Numbered from the stretch's first letter, positions 1 to 10,975 are shown. The stretch is DNA of 64,000 bases from Rebecca billardiae RCC1528 (GCA_965240325.2 OZ251228.1:186001-250000); one strand, 5' to 3'. Translations and numbers: made by a program. The notes: a model not told the origin generated them from the sequence alone.

Positions 1-636
1 ATGGCGGCAGACACGTTCTTCCTGCAGCAGCGCGCGCGCTCGCTCTCGGCGCCGCACCACCTGTGCACCGCGCGGCTGTGCTCGGTGCGTGCGCCGCCGC
101 ACGCCCGCCGCGCGCCACGCGCGGTGCCGCGCCCGCGCCGCGCCGCGCCGCGCGAGCCTCACGCCCCGCGCGCGCCCGCACGCCCCCCGCGCGCTCAGGC
201 CCTCGAGCTCTCCCTGTACACGCTCGAGGCGCGCGGCCGGCCGCTGGCGCGCGGGCAGACCGCGGAGCTGCACGCGGAGGTCAGGCAGCAGACGGCGAGG
301 ATGGCCGCCGGGCACGCGCTGCTCGAGACCACGCCGTTCAGGCGCGAGCGCGCGGACGCGCGGCGGCAGCAGCAGCAGCAGCGCGCGAGCCTGCCGGAGC
401 TGGGCACCGAGGGCGGCAAGCCCGTCGGCACGCTGGCGGGTGGCGCCGCGGGCTCGGCGCACCGCCGCCCGGCGACGGCGGCGGGGCTGCGCGTGCACAA
501 GGTGCTCGGCCAGGCGCGTCAGGGCGGGCGCGCGTGCATGCGCGTGCAGGTGGCCGACGGCTCGGAGCAGCTCGTGCCGGTCGAGTCGGTCGACCCCGTG
601 CTCATGACGCGCTGGCGAGTCGCCGTTACGCGATGA
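1..636 (+). CDS. Hypothetical protein, probably the 3' part of a gene extending beyond the window; likely in-frame intron at ~85-198
   Basis: Coding-like ORF ending TGA at 634-636. A GC-rich GTGCGT...CTCAG segment looks like the introns of neighbouring genes. No recognisable family. Confidence 0.45.
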   Translation: MAADTFFLQQRARSLSAPHHLCTARLCSVRAPPHARRAPRAVPRPRRAAPREPHAPRAPARPPRAQALELSLYTLEARGRPLARGQTAELHAEVRQQTARMAAGHALLETTPFRRERADARRQQQQQRASLPELGTEGGKPVGTLAGGAAGSAHRRPATAAGLRVHKVLGQARQGGRACMRVQVADGSEQLVPVESVDPVLMTRWRVAVTR

Positions 637-977
637 TGTGCGGTGGCTGCGGAGTCGCCAGTCACGGCCGGTCCCGATCGCTAACACTCATCATCGCGCG
701 TCGTATGACGCGGTGACTGCGCATATCGCGTAGTAGTATACGGTTGTCGTCGCGAGTCGTCACGGCACTGTGCTGATGTACCGCCAACGTGTTGCCGCAC
801 GGCGCACGGTCGTCACGTGCGCGGCACGATTCCAGCGCTATGCGCGCAACTACGCGCGGCCGGTCAATGCGCACGATACGACGAATATACAGACGACGAC
901 GCGACGACGACGATGTATCGTCGTACTACGTCGTATAATAATGACGCGACAATCATCGTGTGGGCTGCCATCCGTAC

Positions 978-1610
978 TCAGAATGATGATGACGCCGGTT
1001 CATGCTGAGTTTGTCCGCCACTGTCACTGCCACTGCCACTGGCAACGGGCGGCGGTGGCTGAAAGACGGACTCCAGCAGGCTTTGCATGCGTACCAGAAC
1101 GCGCTCATTCGCGCATCGGCATGTGTCAGCCGTGTACGGCGGGTCGATGCGCAAGCTGTTGAACACAAGAAGCGATGGTGCGCCTCCATCATCGTCGCAG
1201 TCAGCCGCACCGCGCAGCTCGACAAACTCGATGCCCCTCTTTGCAAGCAGCGCACACAGCGCGCGGAGGCGTTCTCGCAGGGGCTCCTCCGCTGGTGCCG
1301 TTGGCGACCGGGACGAACGGATTGGTGCCGGGGCGGGCCGTAGCTCACCGTCGTACGCGCGAAGAGAGTCAAAGTGCCGGCCGGGCTCGACTGCGGCAAT
1401 CGCATGCGCTATGAGAACTGTCGGCTGGACTCGAAGCGAATTGTGCTGCCCCGTGCCAAGAGCATCAGCCCCTGACAGGCGACAGAGGACGACGTTGCCC
1501 GTCTCCGGGTCCACGGCGAACACCACTCCCTCCGCCGTCTCACCATTGGTCAGCCTGATGCACGCATGCCGGCCCAGGAACGCCAGGGCCGCGCCTGGAT
1601 GGGCGGCCAT
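978..1610 (-). CDS. GEMIN6: Gem-associated protein 6 (Sm-like fold plus C-terminal AD domain), SMN complex component
   Basis: GVVFAVDPETGNVVL, LIAHAIAAVE, RLRALCALLAKRGI and LRIDPPYTADTCRCANERVLVRMQSLLE are collinear with Gemin6 motifs as recalled (GWVLTTDPVSANIVL, MGHAV, LTIDPPY..ENC...NEIILSR). ATG at 1610. Confidence 0.8.
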   Translation of the reverse strand: MAAHPGAALAFLGRHACIRLTNGETAEGVVFAVDPETGNVVLCRLSGADALGTGQHNSLRVQPTVLIAHAIAAVEPGRHFDSLRAYDGELRPAPAPIRSSRSPTAPAEEPLRERLRALCALLAKRGIEFVELRGAADCDDDGGAPSLLVFNSLRIDPPYTADTCRCANERVLVRMQSLLESVFQPPPPVASGSGSDSGGQTQHEPASSSF

Positions 1611-1679
1611 CGTGGACTGCTGCCACGCTGCTCGCTCGGCACGCGGCGGACGGATCGTCGGAAGTCGGAACTCGGAACG
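1611..1679. promoter_or_regulatory. Putative bidirectional promoter (69 bp between divergent ATGs)
   Basis: Head-to-head ATGs at 1610(-) and 1680(+). Contains a repeated TCGGAA motif (1658-1677). Confidence 0.45.
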
Positions 1680-2270
1680 ATGGCCGTCATCGCCGACGAC
1701 GCACGTCCACCCTTCCTCTTCCTGGACGTGGACGGCGTCCTCCTCCCTTTCGGCGAGGGCGCCCAAGAGCGTCCGGAGAGCACTGCGTGCGGACGCTTCC
1801 CAGAGCCCTGCCTAGTCGGCCTCGCGCGGATCATGCGTGCCGCTCAGCCCCACGTGGTGCTCTCGTCCACGTGGCGGTGTAGTGCGTCTGCGCTCAAGCT
1901 GCTCCGCGAAGGTTTTGCGGCGTTCGGCGAGCCGCTGGCGTCCATACCGCTCTCTTCGACCACGAACCCACGCATGCACTCCGAACGCCAATGGGAAATC
2001 GCCGACTGGCTCCAAGCAGCATCGGCCAAGGGGCTGGACGTGTCTCGCTTCTGTGTGCTTGACGACGAGGAGTGCATTGAGGGCAAGCAGAACGACCGGC
2101 ACAGGTCGTTGGTGGAGGGACGGTGCGTGCTCGTGCAGAGCCACCTCGGCATCTCCAATGCCGATGTCGATCTCGCAATCGACATCCTCACCTCGGGCGG
2201 CGCACCGCACGCCGTCAGCTCGGCACGGCATGAGAGCCGAACTGTGTCGGAATTGACAAGACTGCGCTGA
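1680..2270 (+). CDS. HAD-superfamily protein, Swiss-Army-Knife RNA-repair-like HAD domain (HAD_SAK_2 type)
   Basis: Motif I FLFLDVDGVL, VVLSSTWR, R..EIADWL and FCVLDDE. First ATG of the domain is at 1680. Confidence 0.8.
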   Translation: MAVIADDARPPFLFLDVDGVLLPFGEGAQERPESTACGRFPEPCLVGLARIMRAAQPHVVLSSTWRCSASALKLLREGFAAFGEPLASIPLSSTTNPRMHSERQWEIADWLQAASAKGLDVSRFCVLDDEECIEGKQNDRHRSLVEGRCVLVQSHLGISNADVDLAIDILTSGGAPHAVSSARHESRTVSELTRLR

Positions 2271-2341
2271 GCCCAGCACGGGATTCCGGAGACTGTCACT
2301 GTGATGACTACTACAGTACCGCTCTGATGGTCGTCGTGTAA

Positions 2342-2343
<2 letters not shown>

Positions 2344-2377
<34 letters not shown>
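2344..2377. repeat. (CT)n microsatellite
   Basis: Direct observation. Confidence 0.95.
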
Positions 2378-2380
<3 letters not shown>

Positions 2381-2908
2381 CGATCCGCCGCTCAGCATCG
2401 CCAGCACCGCCGGCCGGAGAGTCAGAGTGGCAGTGGCCGGCGGAGCGGGTCACCGCGGCGGAGCGGCGTCCCGCGCTGCGGGGCCGGATCATGCCTCATG
2501 GTCACACTGTCACTCATGACGACGGCACGACGCTTTGCCGCGCCCGTGATTATTACGACTACGCGAATATGAGACTCTGCGGCTCTCACGCTCATACTAC
2601 TGTATTACTGAGTCACGCTCCGCCGCCTGATCGATCAAATTATCGATATCAATAATAATTATTGATATACGTATATCATCGTCGCGTCATCATATCATTA
2701 ATCACTGTAGTCACTGATGATATATGAGGATGCGCTGAGTGATGATGCCGATGGCGATGGCTGGCCGGGCTCCAGCTGGGCAGTGGGCTAATGCCGCGCG
2801 CTGGCGGCGGCATCATCAGCCTGTCGTATAACTTCAGCGTCGTCGACCCGGCGGTGTTCTGCTGCCGTTCTGCGGCGCGGCAGTGACAGCCACCGCGTTC
2901 AGCGTCGA

Positions 2909-5833
2909 TCACGTCCAATTGCCGAGAAACGGCCAGTGAAACCTGCCGCCATCCGCCACAGGTGCAGGCGCGGGCTGCGGCTGCGACGACCACACGGTCC
3001 ACGTCCACGGGGCGAGCCAGCTGCTCTCGGCCGGAGGCTCGGCCGGCGGTGCGGGCGCTGGCGCCGCTTCGGCGGGCGACGTCTCGCGCTCGGGTGGCGC
3101 CCGCACAGGTGCAGAGGCCGTGGACTCGTCGGCACCGGCGGGGCGGGGCGTGGGCGCCTCAGCAGCGGCGCGCACTGCCGCCGGTGGCGGGGCGGTTTGG
3201 TCGGGCGAGTCGGCCGGCGGCGCCCAGATCGGCCTGATCGCGATGGGGAAGGCGCGCTCCGCCGGTCCCACCGCGCCACCTGGCCCCGCGCCGCCCCCGT
3301 TGCTGCTGCCGCGTCTCCGCCGCCGCACCTCTGCCACGCCACGAGTCAGCTTGTGCGAGCGCCACGCGCGGATGGCGAGCCATACGCCGACGGCCAGGAG
3401 GAGGCAGCCTGCCGCGCCGCCGCCGACGGTCGCTGCGACGATGATGGCGTCGACGCGGTCGTCCGCGTCCGCGAGGGTCGCCTTTGCGGCGTCGCCACTG
3501 CCGTCGCCGTCGCCCGAGCCGCCTGAGACGCCGCCGCTGCCGCCGCTGCTGCCTATGCTCCCATCGCCTCCACTTGCTGCAGCGAATTGGGGCGGCGGTG
3601 GGGCTGGCGGCGGCGAGGACCTCAGCGCAAGCGTGAGTGAGCCCGCGATGGGCTGCAGGCTGGTGGCCGCCTCCAGCTTCTGCAGCAGCGTGGTGACCGT
3701 GGGCGAGGACACGTCGGCCAGCTTCTCCCGGACTCCCTTCGCGTCCGCGTACTCAGCGCGCACCTGCACGACCATGAAGGTGACACGGACCGATGCGGCA
3801 GTGACGCCCGTCACCAGCACCCGCTCCTCGCGCACGCCGAGGGCCTCGGCGGTGGCGTTCGCGAAGCTCGCCTTGCGCCCCTCGTCCCAGTCCGTCACGC
3901 TGCCCGCCATCTGGAGGGAGGCCTCGACGACGTCGTCAGTTGGCGGAGGGGACGGCGGCGGTGGCGAGGGCGGCGGCGGTGGCAAAGACGGCAGCGGCGA
4001 GAGCGGTGGTGGCGGCGGCGGGCTCGGCGGCGCATCCGGCGGCAGGGATGGCGGCGGCACGGGCGGAGGGGTGGAAGGAGGCGGGCTTGGCGGCCGCAGC
4101 GGGTTGGGGCTGGGCGGCGGGCGAGGCTGCGAGGACGGGGGCGGCGGGGAGGGCGGCTGGCTTGGCGGTGCACACGGCGGCGGGCCCGGCGTCGGATATG
4201 GTGGCGGCGGTGGCGGAGGCGGACTTGGCGGAGGGGTTGGCGGAGGGGACGGCGGTGAGCTCGGCGGTGGCAGCGGTGGCGATGACGGAGGCGGGCTCGG
4301 CGGCGCGCTCGGCGGCGGGGATGGCGGCGGCGACGGAGGCGGCGGTGACGGTGGCTGTGGGCCCTGCGGCGGAGACGGTGACGGCGACGGTGGCGGGGGC
4401 GGAGATGGTGGCGGGCTCGGCTGCGGGCTCGACAGTGGGCTTGGCCGTGGTGAAGGCGGCGGCGGCGGCGAGCTCGGTGGCGGCTGGGGCGGCGGGCTGG
4501 GTGGTGGCAGGGGTGGCGGCGGCGGCGAGCTCGGTGGGCGGGTGGGCGGCGGGCTGGGTGATGGCGACGGCGGCGGCGGCGGCGGGCTTGGCGACGGCGG
4601 CGGCGGCGGCGAGCTAGGCACCTGCAGCAACAACCTGTTGGGCGATGCCTTGCTGCCCGGCACGCCACTGATCGCAGCGCTCTGTATGCGGGCCAACACC
4701 TGCGCAGGCGTCGCGAGCGGGTCGACCTCGAAGACCTGCGCCACGACGCCGGCGACGTGCGGGCACGCCATCGAGGTGCCCGAGAACGTGTCGTACCGGT
4801 GGTTCCGGTACTCCGACTGCGTGCACGGCGGGTTGCGGCACGGGACCGAGCTGTAGATGTCGCTGCCGGGCGCCCATATGTCCACGCACGCGCCCGTGTT
4901 CGAATAGCTCGCCACCGTGTCGCTGGCGGTCGTCGCGCCGACGGTGATGGCCTCGGGCGCGGAGGCGGGTGAGTAAGAGCACGCGTCCTGCGCGAAGTTC
5001 CCCGCGGCGACGACCGTCACGATCCCCGCGTCGTACAGCCGGCGCACCGCCAGGTTCAGCAGGTGCGAGAAGCCGCCGCCCAGGCTCATCGAGATGACGG
5101 CAGGGCGCAAGCTGGTGCGCTGCATCACCCACTCCATGCCGGCGATGGTGTCCGATGTGAAGCCGATGCCGTCGTCGCCGATCACCTTGACGCCATGGAT
5201 CGTCGCGCCCGTGGCGACGCCCACCGTGTTGCCGCCCGCCGTGCCCGCGCAGTGCGTGCCGTGGCCTAGGATGTCCGCCTGCGTCGAGCCGTCCGGCTCG
5301 GTGGTCATGTCCTGGCCCCGGCCGATGCGGCCGCCGGAGAACTCGGTGTGGCTTTCGTGCACGCCCGTGTCAAGGATGAAGATGTGCGCGCCCACGCCGG
5401 TCACCGCCGGCGCGTACGGCTGGCTGTCGATGCTGCCGTCGATGCGGTCGAGGCCCCACGACGGCGGCGCTCCCTGCAGCCGCCGACGCGGCGCGGGCGA
5501 CTTGACGGGCCTGTACGCGTGGACGCGCTGCGATTCCTCGACGAGCAGCTCTGCCTGCGCCGCGAGCGCCTGGAAGTACGCAAGCCCGTCCTCAGTGCAC
5601 GCGATGATGCAGCCACCCGCGAGCACGCGGTCCACGTGCCGCCGCACTCTCACTGTGCCGTTCTGCGCAGCCGCCACCAGGGGTCCGACGGAGCTGGGGT
5701 CGCGGCCGTCGGGCGCAGAGATGATGAGCGTGTGCTCGTACGGCGACTCGTGCACCTCCGGCGTGACGACGCCCGCTCGCAAGGCGATGGCCACCAGGAG
5801 CAGCGCGGCGCTGCTCCTGCTGCGCGCCGCCAT
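2909..5833 (-). CDS. Type-I membrane subtilisin-like serine protease (S8, proteinase-K-like) with Pro/Ser-rich stalk, SEA-like domain and TM helix
   Basis: Signal peptide (AALLLVAIALRAG). Catalytic motifs ILDTG, GHGTHCAGT and GTSMACPHVAG, plus AAGN oxyanion motif. About 225 aa of SPPP repeats, then TM AIIVAATVGGGAAGCLLLAVGVWLAI. Intronless ORF. Confidence 0.9.
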   Translation of the reverse strand: MAARSRSSAALLLVAIALRAGVVTPEVHESPYEHTLIISAPDGRDPSSVGPLVAAAQNGTVRVRRHVDRVLAGGCIIACTEDGLAYFQALAAQAELLVEESQRVHAYRPVKSPAPRRRLQGAPPSWGLDRIDGSIDSQPYAPAVTGVGAHIFILDTGVHESHTEFSGGRIGRGQDMTTEPDGSTQADILGHGTHCAGTAGGNTVGVATGATIHGVKVIGDDGIGFTSDTIAGMEWVMQRTSLRPAVISMSLGGGFSHLLNLAVRRLYDAGIVTVVAAGNFAQDACSYSPASAPEAITVGATTASDTVASYSNTGACVDIWAPGSDIYSSVPCRNPPCTQSEYRNHRYDTFSGTSMACPHVAGVVAQVFEVDPLATPAQVLARIQSAAISGVPGSKASPNRLLLQVPSSPPPPPSPSPPPPPPSPSPSPPPTRPPSSPPPPPLPPPSPPPQPPPSSPPPPPSPRPSPLSSPQPSPPPSPPPPPSPSPSPPQGPQPPSPPPPSPPPSPPPSAPPSPPPSSPPLPPPSSPPSPPPTPPPSPPPPPPPPYPTPGPPPCAPPSQPPSPPPPSSQPRPPPSPNPLRPPSPPPSTPPPVPPPSLPPDAPPSPPPPPPLSPLPSLPPPPPSPPPPSPPPTDDVVEASLQMAGSVTDWDEGRKASFANATAEALGVREERVLVTGVTAASVRVTFMVVQVRAEYADAKGVREKLADVSSPTVTTLLQKLEAATSLQPIAGSLTLALRSSPPPAPPPPQFAAASGGDGSIGSSGGSGGVSGGSGDGDGSGDAAKATLADADDRVDAIIVAATVGGGAAGCLLLAVGVWLAIRAWRSHKLTRGVAEVRRRRRGSSNGGGAGPGGAVGPAERAFPIAIRPIWAPPADSPDQTAPPPAAVRAAAEAPTPRPAGADESTASAPVRAPPERETSPAEAAPAPAPPAEPPAESSWLAPWTWTVWSSQPQPAPAPVADGGRFHWPFLGNWT

Positions 5834-5959
5834 GCGGACGTAATACCCCCATGTAAGGCTCACGGTGGCAGGTTGCCGCGCCATCCTTCATCGCACGCTC
5901 GCCGAAGTGCCGGTCGATGAAGCAATTCGGCCGATGAAGCAATTCGTCGGCCGCCTGAT

Positions 5960-6729
5960 CTGGCCGATACACACCCTTACCGCTCTATGGTATCATGTTG
6001 GTGAGCTCTCCGCCATCGGGGCGCGCTTCATTGCGCCGCCTCGCCTCGCGTACGGCGTTCCCGTCGTGCTCGCACTGACAAGGCTGAGCAGAGCGTAGAG
6101 TGCCATCATGATTGCATTCGCTTCCAACTTGCTCGCCAGCCACTTCCAGCCAGGTGCGCGCGGCTTGGGAGTAGACGGTTAGTTCCGTGTGCCCGGGCTC
6201 GTCGTGACACCGGCATGCCGATCCCTCCCCAGCCGAGATGTCAGAGCGCGTGCGCACAGGCAGTGACAGACAGTGCGCACTGGTAGCCATGTGGACGCGT
6301 GTGAGTGTGTACAAGCCTGTACAAGAAAACGGCCGCATCCAACCTTCTCACATACCACTAGACCAGCGCGCAGAATGCGTCTGAGCCCGCCCATTCCCGC
6401 CCATAACGAGTTACAGCGGCTCGATTGTGAGGCGGGTGCACGGGCGGCTGGTGAAAGCGAGCCCCGCGCGGGCGGCGAGAGAGACGCGCGTGCATAGACC
6501 TGATGCGGGAGTGCCCGAACAACGTGAAGGTGCGTCCATATTCCAAGCGCGCGACCGGTCCGACGCCGCGCCACGCCAAACGAGCACCACGCGTGTCGCC
6601 CCCCAGCGCCGGCCACGCGTCCCGAGGCGCTGCCATGTTTCGTCACGGGCCCGATCTCTGAGGTTAGCCCCGGCCGCTCTGCGAGCGTGGTTCCAACACG
6701 CGCAGAGCGGCCGGGTGTGTATCGGCCAG
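5960..6729. mobile_element. MITE-like element (770 bp) with 17-bp perfect TIRs
   Basis: CTGGCCGATACACACCC at 5960-5976 and its reverse complement at 6713-6729. Flanks CGCCTGAT / CGCCTAGA resemble a decayed TSD. Confidence 0.6.
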
Positions 6730-7222
6730 CGCCTAGACTAAGCTACATACGACTTTTACGACCGCAGGCTCGTGGCAGCTGACTGAAACGGACGCTGCGG
6801 GCCGCCGCGCCGCCCCGGCCCGCCGCCCCGCCCAGGCCCGGGGGCCGGGTCCGGGGCCGCAGGCGCCGGCGCCGGCGCGGCCGGGCCCGCCGCCCGGGCC
6901 CGCCGGGGCCGGGCGGCTGCGCCCGCGCCCGGTCGCACCGGACCCGTGCGGCCCGGAGCTGCCGGCAACAAGTCCGCATCAACCTGAACCGGCCAACCGA
7001 GTAGACTATAAAGTAGTTGTTCACCGAAGCCGTGCCGGCAGACGTGAGATGGCAGTGCTACACTGCGCTAGTAGTGCTACCGGACTTCCGTAAGGCTTCT
7101 AAGCCGGCTACGGCCGCTCGGATGACTGATGTAGTCATGTAGTCATAATGTGATCTGTCGCCACATGGTCTCGTATCTGACGACAGAGTCGCACATTATT
7201 ATGCTGCTGATGCTCTTTATTA

Positions 7223-8214
7223 TTACAGATCAGCATCGTCCTCCTCGCACTGCGCGTCAGAATCATCTGCGAAGCGAATGTGCGACGACGCTCGCGTGGA
7301 CGTGTACGCAGCATCGTCATGGCTGGCGCCGATCGAGCCCGAAGGCAGCAGGCCATGCACGCGCGCATAGTCCGCGTGCACTGCGCCCATGACGTGCGGC
7401 CCTTCGGCACCCTCGGTGAAGAAGACGTGGTGTGGCCCATCGGACACGTCCGCGTAGATGGATCCTGCGCACGACAGACATGACAGACAGACAGACGGGC
7501 GCACGCGCACGGCACGGAGGTGAGCATGTTGACGCGAGGCGCGCGGTGGGATAAGCGGTGTCGAAGGCAGGGCGGTTGGTGCACGGCCTCTCCGCAGCGC
7601 GCACCCGGCGGGAGCAGGCCGATCATCTTCATGCGCACAGAGACCTCCTCCTCAGACTCGTGCTCCTCGACCGCCTCGTCAGCGTCCGACATGTCATCGT
7701 GCTCGCTGTGCATGTCGGCGGGGCCGTCGAGCACGTGGGCGCCGGCTGCGGTCTGGAGCTCGACATCGGCCACCTCCGCGTGCATCGTCGCATCAGGAGC
7801 GTCCTCCGCAGCCCGGCGCGACTTGGCCTCCGCGGCCGAGTCCACGGCAAGGTCCTCCATGGCAGCCACCATGTCCTCCCCGACGGTCTCCATCAGCGGC
7901 GCGATCTTCTGCGCCACGGCCGGCGAGGATGCAGGCACTCCTAGTGCGCTGACAAGGGCGTCACTGAGCGAGACTGGCACGCGCAGCCCCGCCGCGCCGC
8001 CAGTCGCGGTCATCGGCGACACCGGCGTCGGCGGCGGAGCATTGAGCGCGAAAGGCGTGTTCGCTGGAGTCCCAGGCGTTGGCGCCGGCGAAGCCCGTGC
8101 GAGCGGCGTCTTCGCGGGGGTCGCAGCGCCGGCCGCCTTGTCCGGCGTGTCGCCGGCGCGCGCCCTCGAGCGCGTCACGCGCGTGTTCGCGTTGTGGATG
8201 TCCGCGAGCGTCAT
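7223..8214 (-). CDS. Hypothetical low-complexity/acidic protein, 2 exons (8214-7605, 7464-7223)
   Basis: ATG at 8214 (MTLADIHNANTRVTRSRA). A GT..AG intron at 7604-7465 joins GLLPPG to SIYADVSDGPHH in frame. Divergent from the TPT gene. Confidence 0.6.
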
Positions 8215-8440
8215 GTTCGTCCGCGTGTTTGAAGTTGAACGGCCGTGAGCTGGGTTTAGCGTCGTAAGACGTCTTTTGCCGTTTTGCCGGGCGTTTCGCG
8301 GGTGGTGACGTAACTTTAGCGGCAATCCGGTGATTCCGGGTGGCTTTTCCGTCCTTTTCCGCGCCCGGCCGAGCGGGCGGCCGAGCCGAGCCGCCATCGC
8401 TGATTCGCCGGCACGGGCGGTCGGCGCGGACGTCCCGACG

Positions 8441-9692
8441 ATGCCGGCGGCGAATCGGGGGCTGACCACGCCGGCGGTGCTCGCGTGTTTCGCTCTGTGG
8501 TACGTCCTGAATGTCGTGTACAACTATGCCAACAAGAAGGCCCTCACCGTCCTGCCTCTACCGTACCTGATGGCGGCGGCGCAGATCGGCGCGGGCGGCG
8601 TGCACGTGCTCGCCGTCTGGCTGCTCGGCTTCCGATCGCCGCCCAAGCTGGAGCGGCGAGAGCTGATCGCGCTGATCCCCGTGGGCATGTACCACGGGAT
8701 CGGCCAGCTGGTCACCGTCCTCTCCCTCGGCGCCGGATCCCTCCGCTTCGTCAACGTGATCAAGGCGCTCGAGCCGTTCTTCACCGTGATCCTCGCGATG
8801 ATCTACGTCCCCGCCGACATCGTGCCGCTGCCGGTGCTGCTCACGCTGGTGCCCTTGGTCGGCGGCGTGGCGATCGTGTCCAGCGCGGAGAACATGGAGT
8901 TCGGCTGGCTCTGCTGCGCCTGCGCGATGGGCTCGAACGTCTTCTTCTCGCTGCGCGCCGTGCTGTCAAAGGTGCGCGCGCGTGCGCGCCCCCGCACCGC
9001 CTCGGCCTCCTCGGCGCGCTGCGCTGCGCGCGCGCGGCACGGGTCGCAGCCGTCGCCGACCTCGGTGCGGTGCCGACGCGCGCGCAGGTGGCTCTGAAGG
9101 AGAGCCGGCCCGACGCGAACCTCGGCCCGGCCAACCTCTTCGCCGTGCTCACCATCATCGCCTTCCTCACCGTGCTGCCGATCGCCCTTGTGATGGATGG
9201 CCCCAACGCGGAGAACCGCTGGTCCAAGGCCGTCTCGACCGGCCGCACCCCCGCCGCGCTCGTGCACATCGTCTTCGTGTCGGGGGTGTCGTTCTACCTG
9301 TACAACGAGGTCAGCTTCTTCGTGCTGGACGCCGTCGACCCGGTCACGCACGCCGTGGGGAACACGATGAAGGTGCGCTCCGCGGCCGGCCCCGCACGCG
9401 CGTGCGGCCCGCGCGCGGCCTCGCGAGCGGCGCCGAGTGCTCGGCGTGCGCCGACGCTTGGGCTGCGCGAGCGGCCGCTCGCTGACGATGCGTGGCGGCT
9501 CCACCCTCCCCGTCGGCGCGGCTCCATCGTGCGTAGCGCGTGATCCTGATCCTCCTGAGTGGTGTCGCACTGGGCCTGCAGATGACGACGCTCAGCGCGA
9601 CAGGCTCTGCCCTCGCTGTCGCCGGCGTGTGTGCCTACTGCGTCGCCAAGGCGAAGACGAGCCGCGCATCTCGGCGCAGAAAAGCAGACTAG
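8441..9692 (+). CDS. Triose-phosphate/phosphate translocator (TPT/PPT, DMT superfamily); exons 8441-8971, 9088-9372, 9537-9692
   Basis: WYVLNVVYNYANKKAL, FVNVIKALEPFFT, AMGSNVFFSLRAVLSK, FYLYNEVSF and PVTHAVGNTMKRV are TPT signature motifs. Two GT-AG introns restore the frame. Confidence 0.9.
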
Positions 9693-9955
9693 CCGAGGCT
9701 GCACCACTGGCCGTCGTGCCGCCCCACTGGCGGGTCTCTACCCTGCTGCGCGGGACGGCCGTGGCAGCGCAGTGGTGTAGAGTCGGGCGGTAGAGACTCC
9801 GTTCGAGGCGTGTGACGTGATTCGGCGCTCGGCGAGTTGCCGCATGCATCGCATCGGTACGGCCCTTGGCATCGGGCAGCATCGGCATCGCCATTGCAGC
9901 AGCAGACGATAATTATCGCGTTCGACGAAATACGTCATACATATCGTCGATCAGC

Positions 9956-10975
9956 ATGGCGGGCGTGTCGATCCGAGCGCTATTCGTGCTGCTCCTCGCG
10001 CGCGCGCACCGCGCGCTCGCAGACGGCGCTTGCCCCGGGCGCAGCGTGAGCCGACGGACACTCCTTACCGCTGCATGTGCGGCCGCGCCCGTCGGCGCCC
10101 GCCCTGTGGCCGCGGCGCAGAGTGTGTCTTCGGCCGAGCTCGAGCGCCGTCTGCGGCCGCTGGGCGCAAGCACGAAGCTGCGCAGGCCGCCGGCGGCGCG
10201 CGACGTGCGGGAAGAGCTCGCCGCCTTCGGTTACCCGTCCTGGCTGGACGGCCTCTGGCTCGCCGAGGTCACCTTCGAGTCCTTCTGCGCGCCACTCGGC
10301 CCTCTGTTTGCGGACGAAGCCGAGGTGGCGCAGGCGGAGGCGGACGCGGCCGCCGCCGAGGTGCTGCGGTACCCGATGCGCTTCGCGCGGCGCGAGGGCG
10401 GGGCGGGCGGCGACGTGCAGCAGGACCGCCCGTTCAACGCTGTCGCCGAGACTACCGCCTTCCTCGGCGCGGATTCCGGCGTGGTCGTGTCCGGCGCAGC
10501 GTACGACACTAGCACCGGTCTGCTCAGGCTGAGCGCCAAGCGCACCGACCAGCCCGCCACGCCCGGCGCGGCGCCGCCGGCCGGCGCGGGGCAGATGCTG
10601 ATTGAGCTGCAGACGCTGAGCTGCGCGTGCGCCGCCGCGGCCGACCCCGCCGTGTGGCTCACGTCCGAGCTTTTCGAGCAGCGCGTGTGCGATGCGCCGC
10701 TCGCGCCCACCGAGCGCAGCTGTCCCCCGACGCTCGTCGAGACCATCGTCCGGTTCGAGCGTGAGGCGGCGGCACCGGGCGCGCCGCCGGGCGCCCGGCG
10801 CGCCGTGTCGGCGCGCAATCGGATCGCCAAGTACGCGGGGTCGGGCACACTCGGCGGCGCGCTGAGCGGCGGGTGCGCCGTGTCTGCCTTCGACTACACG
10901 TGGAAGCTGATGCCCGTGGAGCTGCTGGAGCAGTCTCAGCTCCGGGGGAGCAGCCTGGAGTCACGCATGTCGTGA
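9956..10975 (+). CDS. DUF6816-like protein with bipartite (signal plus transit-like) N-terminus, probably plastid-targeted
   Basis: Hydrophobic N-terminus followed by SRRTLL. Motifs YPSWLDGLW, APLGP, LRYPMRF and QDRPFNA resemble the cyanobacterial/algal DUF6816 family (from recall). Confidence 0.6.
   Translation: MAGVSIRALFVLLLARAHRALADGACPGRSVSRRTLLTAACAAAPVGARPVAAAQSVSSAELERRLRPLGASTKLRRPPAARDVREELAAFGYPSWLDGLWLAEVTFESFCAPLGPLFADEAEVAQAEADAAAAEVLRYPMRFARREGGAGGDVQQDRPFNAVAETTAFLGADSGVVVSGAAYDTSTGLLRLSAKRTDQPATPGAAPPAGAGQMLIELQTLSCACAAAADPAVWLTSELFEQRVCDAPLAPTERSCPPTLVETIVRFEREAAAPGAPPGARRAVSARNRIAKYAGSGTLGGALSGGCAVSAFDYTWKLMPVELLEQSQLRGSSLESRMS

Noticed and set aside
480-630. Chromo/chromoshadow-like C-terminus of the first ORF
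   Set aside because: Only a vague pattern (VHKVLG...LVP.E.VDP); the key aromatic residues are missing.
3120-4856. 578-aa Gly-rich plus-strand ORF
   Set aside because: Antisense of the Pro-rich subtilase stalk.
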